Shown here: piece after piece, positions 15,621 through 29,385 of the stretch
Position numbering within the stretch: the first letter of the stretch is position 1
Layout: every line of letters begins with the position of its first letter
Assembly (NCBI GenBank): GCA_012295275.1
Contig: CM022679.1
Coordinates: 10,602,001 to 10,666,000, forward strand
From: Chrysomallon squamiferum
Lineage: Eukaryota; Animalia; Mollusca
Direction: 5' to 3'
DNA length: 64,000 nucleotides
Notes under the pieces: model-generated
Databases searched by the model: none
What the model was told of the DNA's origin: nothing
Seen by the model: the letters and a program-made list of their open reading frames with translations, nothing else
Position numbers and translations under genes: made by a program

Positions 15621-15759
15621 TATAATAATTAATAATTCTTGAGGTTATTTTCATTTTGTATTGCGATTTAAAAAAAAAATTATATATATATGTTGTTGTT
15701 CATTTTGTTTTGTTTATTCTTTATTAATAACGGTTGGCCACATAGTTTGTCCGCACTCT

Positions 15760-15852
15760 GCAATATTCGAAATTCCGAATACACAGAAATCGAATCGAAG
15801 CTTCGTGACGATTTTGAACTGAATCGAAAATTCGAAGCTTCGCTTGGCCCTA
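15760..15852 (-). mobile_element. Possible truncated end of a hAT-like non-autonomous DNA transposon
   Basis: The minus strand starts TAGGGCCAAGCGAAGCTTCGAA, with repeated palindromic CGAAGCTTCG / TTCGAA subterminal motifs. No partner terminus was found. Confidence 0.35.
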
Positions 15853-17399
15853 ATAGACAATGTAAATAGGAAGGTAAAGAGACGAACAGAGAGATAATTA
15901 GATAGATGTATAGATAGCTGGACAGATAGACACACAAAGAGATAGATAAATAGACAGATAAATGTACAGAAAACTAGATGGATATATACATATCGTATAT
16001 AAAACATATTTGACTAAAGCATCTGAGATAAACAAGGACTGGCTTGGTTAACTCTGTGATTACAAATCTGATATTTTCCTCGTTACTTTATTAAATTATC
16101 CGTGTGAGATCCTCTAGGACTTCACAACAATAGCTATTGTTACTTCCAGCAAGACTCTTCGATTAATCAGCTTTATTAAGTAGAGGTAACTGAGTTAAAA
16201 GTTTGTTAAAGTTAATCAACATCAGCGAGGTTAGAGTCTATTAACCTAATATCTTTGGTTAGGAATTGATTTGTAGTAAATATTTTGTGTCAAAGGGTAA
16301 GCCAACTGAATTATGATTTTGAATTTGTTTAATGTGACAAGAAAGAAAGAATTGTGATTCAACTGACAGCCTATTGCAAGCTTTTTTTATGTTTTCTTCT
16401 TTTTTATATTTGTACCATATTCTTTCTGATGCGTGTGTTTTTAGATAATGTGTGGTTATACGATTATTTCAGAGGCGAGATACAGTAAACACACATACCC
16501 TATACACACACATACTAAGAAAAGAGAGAGAGAGATCAACTGCAACAACCATTCGTACAACTATTTTTGCAATGCCACTGCAACTACTACTACTACCACT
16601 ACTTCTACTACAATCACACACATAACTACTACTACTACTGTCACCACCACTACTACTACTTTTGCTGTTGCTGCCACTACTACTTCTGTTACTGCTATTC
16701 CTTTTTCAAACCAATTATACAGACTTAAATCCACCACGTATCAACACATCTGCAACTTCTGTCATTCCGCAGAATACTGCTATTCTGTTCCGCAGACCAA
16801 ACCGCAGATTTCCGCGTTTCCTGCAGAATAACAAACCGAGACCTCGGAGCATTTTTGACATAGCATCAATAGTATTGGTTTCACCAACAGCTGAAATATT
16901 TACATTTTTGTAATCATCTCTGTACAGCAGGTGTTGAAAACAGGCGCTTTAATTAACCAAACACCATCGTATTCATAAATTGCATTTGTGCGTGCGTAAT
17001 TTCATTAGTTATCTACCCTGATAACAGAAATCAAGGTAACAGGAACTGCGTCTGTTACAATTTGGTTTCGTTGAAATAAGCTTTCATTGGCTTCGCTGTA
17101 CGTTTTCGTCATTAAGTGATTAAAATCTCTTTTGTTAAAAAAATGTCTGGATGTACAATAGAGATTAGTACAATTTAATGACCACAGAATTCTAATGGAA
17201 ACAGGGGAAAACAGGGATTTTGTAGGAAATTATTTAAAATGGATTCCATAAATTGTGGATTAAGGAAAAGTATATGACCCTAAGTGTATATTTATTTATT
17301 TATTTATTTATTGAATTAATTATTTATTTATTTTGTAAAGAAGATTTATAATATCAATTTTTGAAATTTATTTCGTTTTTTATTTTGAATTTAAGAAAA

Positions 17400-17995
17400 A
17401 TGTATGTATGTATGTATGTATGTATGTATGTATGGGTGGGTGGATGGATGGATGTGTGTGTATGCGTATGTGTAGATTTATGTGTGCAGATATATATATG
17501 AATATGAGTGTATGTTTGTGTACGTGTGTCTTGTGTGTGTGTGCGTGTGTGTGTGTGAAACAAAGGCAGAAACAAAGATAACATGTATGTATTTATAACT
17601 CTACTTATCACCTACATCATGATCTCCAATCCAGCTGTGACCAAGAATTCCTAAAACAGCGTCCATTTCTTTTATCGTTTGTTTATTTGTTTCCATGACC
17701 AGTCATATGTCTGTTATTTACTGTGTGCATGTATGTTTGTGTATGTGTGCATGTAAGTATGTATGTAAGTGCATATGTGTGTGTATTTATGTGTGTATGT
17801 GAGTGTATATGGATGCGTGTGTATATGTATGTGTTTATGTACGTAAGAATCTATGTATGCACGTGAGAACATACAGGTGTGCGTGCTTGTTTGTATGTGT
17901 GTGTGTGTATGTGTGTGCGTGTGTGAATGCGTTCCTGTATGTATGCATGCATATATATGTGTGTGTGTGCGTGTGTGTGTCTGTGTGTTTGTGTA
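17400..17995. repeat. Degenerate (TATG)n/(TG)n low-complexity region
   Basis: Alternating purine-pyrimidine tracts. Confidence 0.85.
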
Positions 17996-18697
17996 AAAAA
18001 AAATCCAGAAACAAATATGTACACACCTATATTTTTTATAGCTCTACTGTTATCAGCTCCTGTTTTATAACTGAGTGATAACGTTAACCTTCAGTCCCAC
18101 TGCAAACAAACGTTCCCCGCAAGCACGAATTGTTTTTCTCGTTTATTATGCATTATCCCCGAACACGTGTGTTCATATTTATTTATCCTTAGGTTCGTAC
18201 ATGTTTCGTCTGTTAAAGCAATCATAACAAGCAGGGAGATGCTTTTATTTGTTGTTACTTCAGAGAGGTAATTATGCCAACATTTTTAGCTTGTACGTTA
18301 AGCTTATATGTAAATATCTGTCTATAAGGTTGTTTTTAAATATTATGTATTCAGGTTTATATTTAAATTTGTTACTCAATACAGATGTATGTTTTAGTTG
18401 CTTTTTTTTTGGGGGGTGGGGGTTAAAATCAACAGCGGCAAAACAACTGAAAAACAGAAAAAGAAAAAGAGAGCAAGCGAACAGAAATATAGGTTTTGTT
18501 TTCGTATATGAAATTTTTTAATAATTATGTTTATTGTTGCCCTCATGTTTATTAGCCAGTGTTATTGTTTATGTGTATTAATATTATAGTTTATTTGTTC
18601 TTCTTATTGATGTTTTGTTGTTCGTTTGTAATGTTTGTTTTTTCTTGTTGTGTCCTACTTTTTAAAGAAATCAAATATATATATATATATATATATC

Positions 18698-18839
18698 AAA
18701 ATTCAAAATGTGTGTGTTAGTGTGTGTGTGTGTGTATTTTTGTACGTTTTGTTATTGTGTCCTACTTTTTAAAGAAATATATATACATTGCTTTGATTTC
18801 TTCAAAAAGTAGGACACAATAACAAAACGTACAAACACA

Positions 18840-18880
<41 letters not shown>

Positions 18881-18890
18881 TTTGAATTTT
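18698..18890. repeat. Long inverted repeat (fold-back) with ~80-95 bp arms
   Basis: 18698-18778 (AAAATTCAAAATGTGTG..TGTACGTTTTGTTATTGTGTCCTACTTTTTAAAGAAAT) is the reverse complement of 18796-18890, with a 17-nt loop. Confidence 0.9.
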
Positions 18891-19825
18891 TATAACATAC
18901 AAATGCTCATCACTGCTTAATTATATATTTAAACTTAAAATCTGATTAAAACACAAAAGACAATGACATTCAGCGTTTAGCGGGGTCAGTAAACATCATG
19001 ACACACACACATAAAAACCAATATCTGTACATCTTCACATGTGTTTGTTTTGTTATGGTATTTTTTTTTCTTTTCCTTTTTCTTTCTTTTTTTCAATTTG
19101 TTGACTGCACTTCCGGATAATAGTAGAGGGGCAATCCTGGAAATTTGTTTGAATAGAAAGAGTTTAAAAAAAATAATTAAAAAAAAAAAAAAAAATACTG
19201 TTTTCTGTAAAATGTCAAATATATCGTCTGTCATTACATTACACCCCTTCGGATTTTTTATTTTATTTTCAAAATTCTGTTTAAACATTATCCGATTATC
19301 TAACAGACGCTTTTAACGGATGTCAGTTTGCTTCTTGTTGAAGTAATAAAAAGTAATAAACATTAATTAAAATTTTATCGAAAGGGGAAATAAAAAAATC
19401 AATATAAATATAAATTTTTATTAACGAAATTACGGCAGTGTAATGGAACGCCGGGGTAAATTTTTCCACGAACACATCGTGTCAGGACATTTATTATTGT
19501 TAATATTAACAGTCGTGACATCGCTTTGGAAGGACCGTAAATAATTTCCCTGGAATTAGTCCCCCAAAAAACGTTCAAAATTAATTGCTTCTCTGAACGC
19601 GAGAGTCGAGAGAAAAAAAAACGAGAGCCGTGTAATTATAGTGTAAATAATTACATTAAGTTCCGATAAAAATAAATTTAGTAAATGATTAAGATAAAAA
19701 CCTTAGTATAAGCTAATAACATTTGGCCCCTTCCCAGGAACTTTTGAACGGCAATAAAATAATGTTTGAAGTAAACTCAGGTTAAGACCGAGAAAACAAA
19801 TTAAAGAATAAGAAAATGTTTAGAT

Positions 19826-19871
<46 letters not shown>

Positions 19872-21665
19872 TAAGGCCTTCATAGGAAATAAAGCTGATT
19901 AAATGTAGTAGGAAAAAGAAATTATTTTCATCCTAAATAATTAATATTACGATAAGTGAATTTCCAAAAAGTACCGTCATTAAATCGATATATATATATA
20001 TATACACACATATATTAATTTGATTCAGTAGTAATTACTGTAGTGGAAGACTAGCAAAAAACGAGGACACTACATGAAGATTAATAATCACTGAAACTGT
20101 AAGTATAGTTTGATTGACTATAATTCTACTTGTTCCAAAATATGTTTTATGTATGTCTGTTTGTCTATATATCCTTCTGTCTGCCCATCCATCCATCCAT
20201 CTCTATTTATTTATCTATTCCATACATCTTCCATCCATCCGTTCATCCATTCATTCATCCATTTTCTCTATCTGTCGATCAGTGTATTTACTGCGTCTTG
20301 GAACCTGTCTGTGCTTTTGTATACATATGTAAGTATAACTGTTTTCTACAAGTGAATAGAGATTTAGTATGTAAACGGAAATAACAGTATTGTATCAAAA
20401 AAAGACTTGCATTATCTTTAATCAATCACTGAAGTAAAGGCATCAGAAAAAGTGCAAGAAATTTAAAACTGACATCGATGAATTAAATTTAAAAAAAAAA
20501 GAACAATTACCGCTGCATGTTTGAAATCGGCGCTAATGGAAACAGTAATACCACTTTTCATTATTTTAAAAGTAATCTGGAGCTTAAAACAAACAAAAAA
20601 TTAAATAAAAAAAATAAAAAGAAAAATGCAAACAGAGGATTTGAAAAGTACCCACAGATAAAACGTCCACAATAAAACTGAGAGTAAATCCACGTGTCAC
20701 TAGCACGATCGACGTAAGCCGGTTTTTAAACTTTATCTTTTCCACTCGATCACGATCAAAACTTTTACTGGTGGCAGAAGTATAGATTTTGCCGTCTGCA
20801 GTCTAGACCGCACATTTCACCCGAGTCGACCTTCGTAACAACTTTCACAAGTGACAAGATCGGCGTGTTTCTGAAATACGATCGAACTGGTTAATGATTT
20901 TTTTTTTACGCTAGAAGTTAAGAGGTTATACTGCCTTTCATAGGCGGGATGTCATGCAAAAATGCTGAAATGATATCTGGCGAGATGGTAACGAGTTGGC
21001 GCAACAATTTGTAATTTTCTCAAGTGCGTTGGTGTTAGGAGTGATTCGAGACGTTTTGAAGAGGTGTTTTGTAATTGATGGTGACTGGGATGATTTGAAA
21101 AGTGAAACTGTCTTGCTTCTGACCTTGGTATTTTAACAATAACAACAAACAAACAAACAAACCAAATAAATAAATAAATTTAAAAAAATTTCAATAATAT
21201 CGCAAATATCAGCAATTTCATTAATACGACACCCATTACCACCAAGACCGTTACCATTAATGTTAATTGTCATCATCAGCATCATCACTAAAACAACAAC
21301 AACAACAACAGATACATCGTTTTTGTCATTAGTTTTATCGTGATCATATTTAACACAATACTGTAACCCTCACTATCACCACCATAATACAACAATGATT
21401 TTAATATCAGAAACAATTGTAGTAATATGATCAACAACAGCAATAATAATAGTAATGACAACGACGATGAAAGTGATCGCATAAAACACTAGCATCAAAA
21501 AAAAAAAAAAAAAAAAAAAATAAAAATAAAATGGACTAACTAAATAGACTGTTTAAAGCAAATTCAAAATATAAAGTTTCGGTTTTGTAATTAATACTGA
21601 GTAATCAATTAGATTTTAATCAGTCATTTATCTATAAAACATCTACGTATTCACACTTGGAAAAA

Positions 21666-21696
<31 letters not shown>

Positions 21697-22224
21697 CACA
21701 CTCACACACACACAAACACACACACATACACCATCTGTTTGCAATTAATCTACGTGTCCATCATGAATAATTTCTTTTATCTACATTTGACATAGCGTCT
21801 GCTAAAATATTTCCTATATCAAGCCACCATTATTAATATACAGTATTCTGAAAAGACAGGGCCTATAGTATAACTTGTAAAAGGCAGTATATTATCCGAG
21901 AATAAATTGTCTGTAAATATTCCCGTTCTCCATTTAAGAGCGCGTGAACAACATAAATCACAAGATGTCTGCGTTTTTCTTGTTATCTCTTTTCTTTGAG
22001 AAATAATATATCGTCTAGCTGAGAAATAAATCGCAAGTGTTCGACTTTATTCGTTGTATTTTGTGTTACGTTGTGTATCGCTTGATGACGTTATTATCAT
22101 TTGTAACTGTAAAGAATGCAGTCTTTGTTAGTTGTAAATGTACTGTTAATGTTGTATGATTATATCGATTTATTCATTTTAAACGTAAGATTACTTACTT
22201 TAATTTGAAATATTGTTAAGTCAG

Positions 22225-22227
<3 letters not shown>

Positions 22228-22315
<88 letters not shown>
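22228..22315. repeat. (GA)n microsatellite
   Basis: Perfect dinucleotide run. Confidence 0.95.
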
Positions 22316-22319
<4 letters not shown>

Positions 22320-22961
22320 ATATTTTGTTTGTGAGTTTTCTTCTGTAATACATTACTATTTATGTTTGTAGGTTTTCTTGATAGAAGAGAGAATTACACA
22401 CCAATAGCCTATATCTTTTAACGACGTCCATAGAACCGTATTTTCAGGTTTCAATCATAATAATTCTTTCGATTTTAAATGGATTTTTCCTACGACAATG
22501 AAATCTGCACTTCCTCACCATGTACCACTCATTCCTATCAGCTTTTACACGAAACTTCCAAACAAATACCATCACGCACTCTGCACAAATCATGAGTTAC
22601 TGATAAGAACGGGATTTACTGCTAAGGAGGTTTGATCCTCGAAACTATAGATTATCTTGTCGAATGTTCTGTCTGTCTGAAAATGTTGCCAATACACTTA
22701 ATCTTAACGCGAAACGTTTAAATATTTCATTATTTTCATGTTCTTTTAACCTGTCATATTTCTGACTTGACGGAATAACAGACACTGCAAATCGAGACCA
22801 AAGTTAACTGCTTGTCTGCCTGAAGGTCTCACATGACGCTTTTCTATTATTAGTTTTGATTGGCACACGTTTGCCATGAATGTCGAACCTTTTACAACAA
22901 ACATTGCAGTCTCTGCACTTTGCTAATTTGATCTCCTATAATCTGAAACTTTGTTTACCAT

Positions 22962-22992
<31 letters not shown>

Positions 22993-23232
22993 GTTAACAA
23001 TATGAATCAGTCCGTGACATTTCAATAGTTTATTTTTATTATTAATTTTTTTTTTTTTTTTTTTATTGATTTATTTGTTATTTTGCGTACATTTATTTCT
23101 GCGGGGATTTCGAAAATAGCGATACATAAGTTTTTCACTATTTATTATTAATTATCATGTTCTGTAGTAAAAATAAGAGTAAACTACTTTCCAGTTCTAA
23201 TAGTGGTATTTTAATTTAGCAAAATATATACA

Positions 23233-23235
<3 letters not shown>

Positions 23236-23325
<90 letters not shown>
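23236..23325. repeat. (GA)n microsatellite
   Basis: Perfect dinucleotide run. Confidence 0.95.
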
Positions 23326-23329
<4 letters not shown>

Positions 23330-25590
23330 GGTGACGATGAAGGAGAAAACTGATACAAAATTTTAAGATCATTCATTCAAAGCTTTAGGGATTAATTGTA
23401 TGTCATGTATGATCCTTCACAAATGTGCTGCTAAAAGATAATCAAACATTTCACGTACACGATAATCGCTTGTCTGTATGCATCCACGCAGTTTTCAAGC
23501 GTGTACATTTACTGCAGAAAGAAACATTAAAGTTCATGTATTAGTTTTGACAGTATCTCGTGCAGAACTGTTGGAAGGATATTATCAGTGAAAGACAAAG
23601 ACTGGGCAGGCTATTTTTAGATAATAACGGTGACACGTGTAATACGAAACTGTGTTTCAAGATAAGAAGTGTTATTTTTTGTCTGGTCTCAGCATTTAGC
23701 TGAAAATTAGTAGGCGTGAAAACGTTGCATATTAATTTGATGCTTTGGATGCAGTAATAAGTTATAATTGTCTTGGTGCTTGTATTTACGTGCGTTTGTG
23801 TGAGTATAATATATCTCTGTATGTATGTATGTATGTATGTATGAACGTACGTATATCTATATAAATATATGGGTATTTTATTTACTTACTTGTTCGTTTG
23901 TTAAGAAATAGCAGACCTGTAGATTATTTTGTATATTCGAATACAATGTTGACGCCCCACTTGTGCTACCCCTTAAATTGTAATATGTTTTTTATGACTC
24001 ATTATACTCTGAAACAAATAAATCAGTTTCCACTTTTCCGAGGCATAAAAATAGAGATCCACTATCATAGCGACCAAGAAAAGAGGATATTTCATAATAT
24101 AGACAGGTGTACATAAAGTTAATAAAATTAAAAAAAAAAATTAAAAAATAAAAAATAAAAATAATCATAATAATAATAAAATAAATAAATAAATGAAATA
24201 GGTAAGATGAAAATCTGCCCCAACCCATCACTCCCCTCATCTTGCTCCCCTGATTCAGACTGTAAAGTTTTATCTGTCCAAGCTCTTCACCATTCAAAAT
24301 GTATGTCAAAATAACCTTTCAGTGTATAATAATTTATCTGTTCATCGATTTAATGCATTTATCCTCGTGAAATAGCCTCCGGGACTCTTTACATTTCTTT
24401 TAATGCCTAAATTATCAAAGTAAATTTTTTTTCTTTCTAAATCTTTTAAAAAGTGTCATCAAATATTCAGTTATGTATATTTTTTTCCCCAAAAAACTTG
24501 TATTTTATTATCATTTTTTTGTTTCAGTTGAAGCACTTTGATTTTTTTTTTCTATCAACGTTTCCATTAATATCAAAGTCTTCGTATGGCGTCTGACTGC
24601 CAGCCGCAGAGCTCTGGCTGTAACGGGAAAAAAACTGAGAAAACTGAACAGATGACGCGTCAGGCCAGAACTCTAAAACAGTTAGGTCAAAGAAAGAGCA
24701 GCTGTGTCAAATAGAATTTATTTTCGCAATCAAAACTTTTCTCGTTGAGTTCGGATCGAACAATGTCAGCCTAAGTTGTACGAAAACCGCCATTCCGTGA
24801 AACTTCGTTTTTCTGAAACGTCTAGACTTTCGGCGGAATGCCTCTCTAACGTGTTTAGTGGTAGTCCAGAAAATATTATAGATAATCCTGAGAATAATAC
24901 TGCAAAGCACTTTGTTACTGATCTGTTCGCGACAGTGATGCATATCCTGTGTGATATCTGTCTGGACGTTATAACATTCAAGATCTATACTAAGCAAAAA
25001 AAGTTATGGATGATGAATTATTTTTCGCAAGGAAAACAGTAAAACTTTTTCAAGTATGTCGACAATTCATTACTTCTGTAATTACGCACCTATGCTTAAT
25101 ATTCTCACAATTAGACTATGTCTGGTCTGTCCGCAGGTTTTAATACAGCGGGTAATGAACCTATATTTCTATTCATGTATTAAGAATGTTTTATATTTTT
25201 CGGGGATTATTAGGTAAATAGAAGACAAAACGTTATGAAACAGTAACCAAAATTGTTTTGCTTGATGGAGAGTAATGAACAGAATGTGTCGATTCCAAAT
25301 TCAAGACTATCGTAAAATCACCATCCGTGTAAAAGCTTTTCTGATTTATTGTGCGTTGTACTGGGTTACGTTTTCTCAGAATGCAGGTTTCTTTGTATAA
25401 GATCTAGCGTACTTAATGACACAACGTGTGATATATCCATGCAATGTGTAGACCTCTGTTTTCTGTTTACTCTGCATGTTACTAGTCAAACAGTTATCGT
25501 TATATAAGAGCATCTGTTTCCCTTCTCTCGAAGAATATGAACCTCTGTCTGTAAAATATTATTTTGTTTATCTAGTTTATCTCTCATGCT

Positions 25591-25594
<4 letters not shown>

Positions 25595-25670
<76 letters not shown>
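25595..25670. repeat. (CT)n microsatellite
   Basis: Perfect dinucleotide run. Confidence 0.95.
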
Positions 25671-25673
<3 letters not shown>

Positions 25674-27872
25674 TCCCTTTTTCTCTTTGACCTTGAGTGC
25701 AAAAATGTCTGTGTATCTCTTTACTTTCTCAATCTTTTTTTCTACCTGCCTCAACATACTAATCTTTCTTTTGTCGTCTGTAACTGTGTAAATAAGAAAA
25801 GAAAAGATCAAAATATGTTTCTGTTTTCTTTTCGTATCAATCATATTCTCTCTCGGGTAACTCAGCGCTTAATACACACAATCGCCCCCGTAAAAGACGT
25901 CTGACATCACATGCTGTATTCCGGTTAATCAGAAACCGCTGTCATACCCGGTAAAATCCTTTGTACCAAACAGCTAACACAGTTTTTATCAAGCCGATTC
26001 GAAGATTAACACAGAATAATAAATTAACGCTACTGTTAGACATACATTAACCTCTTCACATGATCCAATACGAAATCGTTATATAGTTTAGTCCTAGATA
26101 TAAAAGATTCATAAAGATGATTAGGGCTGATTTATATTATTTGTATCCGACATCACACACACACACCGTAACATTCTACCTAAATGCTGTAGCATTTTGA
26201 CCTCATTTGTATGGCACAACACCACTGTTATTTCTCAAGAAGAGGTACGGAATCAATGAATACCAAGAAGAACTAGATAGATTAAAACAGATTCCAGCGA
26301 CGAATGAATTATTATGCCATTTAGTTATTATTATTTATTTTTTTTGGTAATCTTTGGTCTAACATAATATGATTATGAAATACTTACGAGAAATTTTCGT
26401 AATATACTTTGTCTTTAGGTCAGTATCGTAATTTTAAAAAGGTGTCTTAGTACTGTTTCAAAAGAAAGTTTATTAATTGCACGTGTTAACTTATTTTTCA
26501 GATCTGTTTCTACGAGATCTGCTGAATTCTGAGAGAAGCTCCAAGGATGAGAAAACTGGAGTATTTCACTTGATGATAGTTCCTAACTTCAAACAGCCGT
26601 AACAGTTTGATGTTTTATCGTTTCCAAACAAGTCAGAAATGTGACTCAACAAAGCAAGGTGGCAATAATTTGGTTGTTAATTCAGACTGCGTCGACTGTG
26701 GCAGGGGAAAAAAACCCCAGGAGAACAGTCAATTTCCTAACACCACGTGCTTTTTCACATCTAGGTTAATGCACGGATATTCTTTCTGTATATAAATTCT
26801 GGCAAACTGCTAACCACCTAATGCATTTTTAACTCGCCATTCAGGAGTACATCTCGCCTGTATAACCCCTCTAACACGAATGTTAATTTAAATCAAAGCT
26901 TTACAAAGATCCGCAGGTCTATAAAAAAAATATATATAAACTGTCTGCGATACGGTATGCGCAGATTCCATTTGACAGGATTATTTATATAATGTACGAC
27001 GATTCTCCACGGAATTGCGATTCGGAAAGGGATAAAAAGAAGGTTTTGGTTTCAAAGTTTATTCTTCTGTAACGCACGGATTGGTGATGCATTAGTTATA
27101 ATTCCAGTCGAACTATGCAGTCAGTTGTATGATAACAAATGGATGGTTGTTACATATCTGTTGCATTTGTTCCGAAACATTAACCATCATGGAATGTTTG
27201 TACTGATCTAACGCTCTTTGGGTTCATGTACTATGTAACTGTGTGTCCAACCAGTTGACAAGCGTTTATAAAAGTTTTATAATCTGTGAAGAAACACTCC
27301 ACGGTTTGCAAATCATCCAAATAAGACTATTTTGAAAAATCTCTTCTTTTTTTTTTTTTTTTTTTTTTTTCTTCCAGTGACCGGTAAAAGCAACGATTTG
27401 TCAAACATACAGAAGTGATTATCTGAATGTCTGAGAAAAGGAAATGTGTTGTATGTAGAAGCTCTATATGTGTAATTAGTTCACTTAATTATCTGTGAAT
27501 GATCAGGATATTCTTTGATGTGAATGTTGTTTATGTGAGATACGTTTTAGCGTGATTATTGTTCTGTTCTCACCATATAGTTCTGCCTTAACTGAGACGC
27601 ATTGTTATTTCTGTTATCCAAAACATGAAAATTGTTTTAAATGTGTTTTCTGTATAGCGACTGTTTTCGTATGGATTATAGACAATAACATTATAAATAA
27701 TTCGTCAGAGAGATACTGGTTAAATCATTTATGCATTTTTCTTAATTGTTTTTCGACTAAACGAGACACAAATATGGTTTTAAAAGATTTTTCACTATTT
27801 GTTTTAGAATGGTTTACAATTATACAGTTCTATAACTGAAAGGATAGAAATATTCGTGTAAGTGTCAGTACA

Positions 27873-29385
27873 ATGGATTTCACAACGGAAGCTTTTCTAC
27901 TCTCGACCAACTCCACCAACCAGAGTTTCGTGAGCACGAGCAGCCAGCGTGATCTCTACGTAACCATCATCCTCGTCCTCATGTACACCCTCATCATCGT
28001 CCTGGCTGTGGGCGGCAACATCGCCGTCTGCTGCATCATCGTTTCGCACAGGGGAATGTGGACAGTCACCAACATCTTCCTGCTCACTCTGGCTCTCAGC
28101 GACATCATCAAGAGTTTAATATGTAACCCCTTCACGTTTGTCGCAGACTTCATTCTCAAGTACTGGCCTTTTGGCGTGTTCATGTGTCCCACCGTGACGT
28201 ACATTCAAACCGTGGCTGTGTATCTGAGTTCATTCACTCTCGTTGCCATGAGCTGTGACCGCTTCGTGGCGATTCTGTTTCCACTGAGACGCAAGTTGTC
28301 CAGAAGGAAACTCTTCGTCGTCATCTGTGTTATTCTCTTTGTTCTTGTGCTTTACCGCTTCCAACGGCGATCACGTCTAAGGTTATATATCCAAATCCAA
28401 AGGATCCCACAGATCCCAGTAGAAACGGACTTTGTCAGGAGATATGGGGCAGCGATAACCAACGATACATCTACACTCTCGTCATCATGATGACTCAGTT
28501 TTTCTTGCCCTTTGTGGCCATAGCGGTGACGAATGTGTGCATGGGATACTTTGTGTGGATAAAGACGATTCCAGGAGAAGCGGAAGTCGAGAGAGATAAA
28601 CGAGTCATGGCCTCAAAGAAGCGGGTAAGAATATTTCGTACTGAAGATGCAATCACATTTTGAATCTTTGAAAAGAGAGTCAAAGAAATAAAGACAGAGA
28701 GAGACTGAGAGATAATTATAAATGAATTAATAAATATATTAACGATAGCAAAACATGTTTTAATATTAATGCTCATTAGATGTCAAAGCATTTTACGTTT
28801 AAATAATGATTTAATCGGAAAATAAAAGCCGCTACAACTTTTTCCATTGATTACTCTTCTCAGAAAAACAAATTTTATATCGCACCTTTTCTTCGATTTA
28901 TTTAGATGTCATTTATAGGCTTCTTGTTCTTGTTGCTGTTGTTGTTGTTGTTGTTGTTATTTTTATTATTATTATTATTATTTCAGATGGTGAAGATGAT
29001 AATAGTTGTTGTTGTAATCTACGCCGTCTGCTGGCTTCCTCTTCACGCCATAACGCTGGCAGGGGACAGGAACCCAAACATTTACAACCTTCCGCACATG
29101 AACATGGTGTGGGTCTGCACGCACTGGTTTGCAATGAGCCACTCTTGCTACAACCCTTTCGTGTACTTCTGGATGAACCCGAAGTTCAGAAACGGTTTCA
29201 AGAAGGTCCTGCGTCTTTTCCACTTCAACCGGTCGAAGGAGAATTCCAAGTTTAACTTCAAAATTACAACATTGGGCAGAGACCTCGCGTCGAACAGCTC
29301 GGACAGGTCGAAAAACTACCAGACGTGTCCCAATAACGGGAGTCCATTAATCAAAGCAGAACTGTGCGATCCTCATCAAATGTAA
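27873..29385 (+). CDS. Class A neuropeptide GPCR, luqin/RYamide receptor-like (2 coding exons; 1-nt frameshift in TM4)
   Basis: Exon 1 is 27873-28624 (donor GTAAGA at 28625) and exon 2 is 28987-29385 (acceptor TTTCAG). Rhodopsin-family motifs: TM1 GN, TM2 TNIFLLTLALSD, ECL1 WPFG..MC, TM3 CDRF, TM6 CWLP, TM7 SHSCYNPFVYFWMNPKFR. After ~28336 a shifted frame reads LCSCALPLPTAI...CQEIW...YTLVIMMTQFFLP...IPGEAEVERDKRVMASKKR, an ICL3 typical of RYamide/luqin receptors. The subfamily call is from recalled similarity. Confidence 0.85.

Noticed and set aside
14753-16913. Poly-V, poly-S and poly-T ORFs (186 aa, 127 aa etc.)
   Set aside because: Trinucleotide microsatellites stay stop-free by chance; there are no recognisable protein features.
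27956-29223. Antisense ORFs over the GPCR exons
   Set aside because: Shadow ORFs caused by the GC-rich codon usage of the sense gene.
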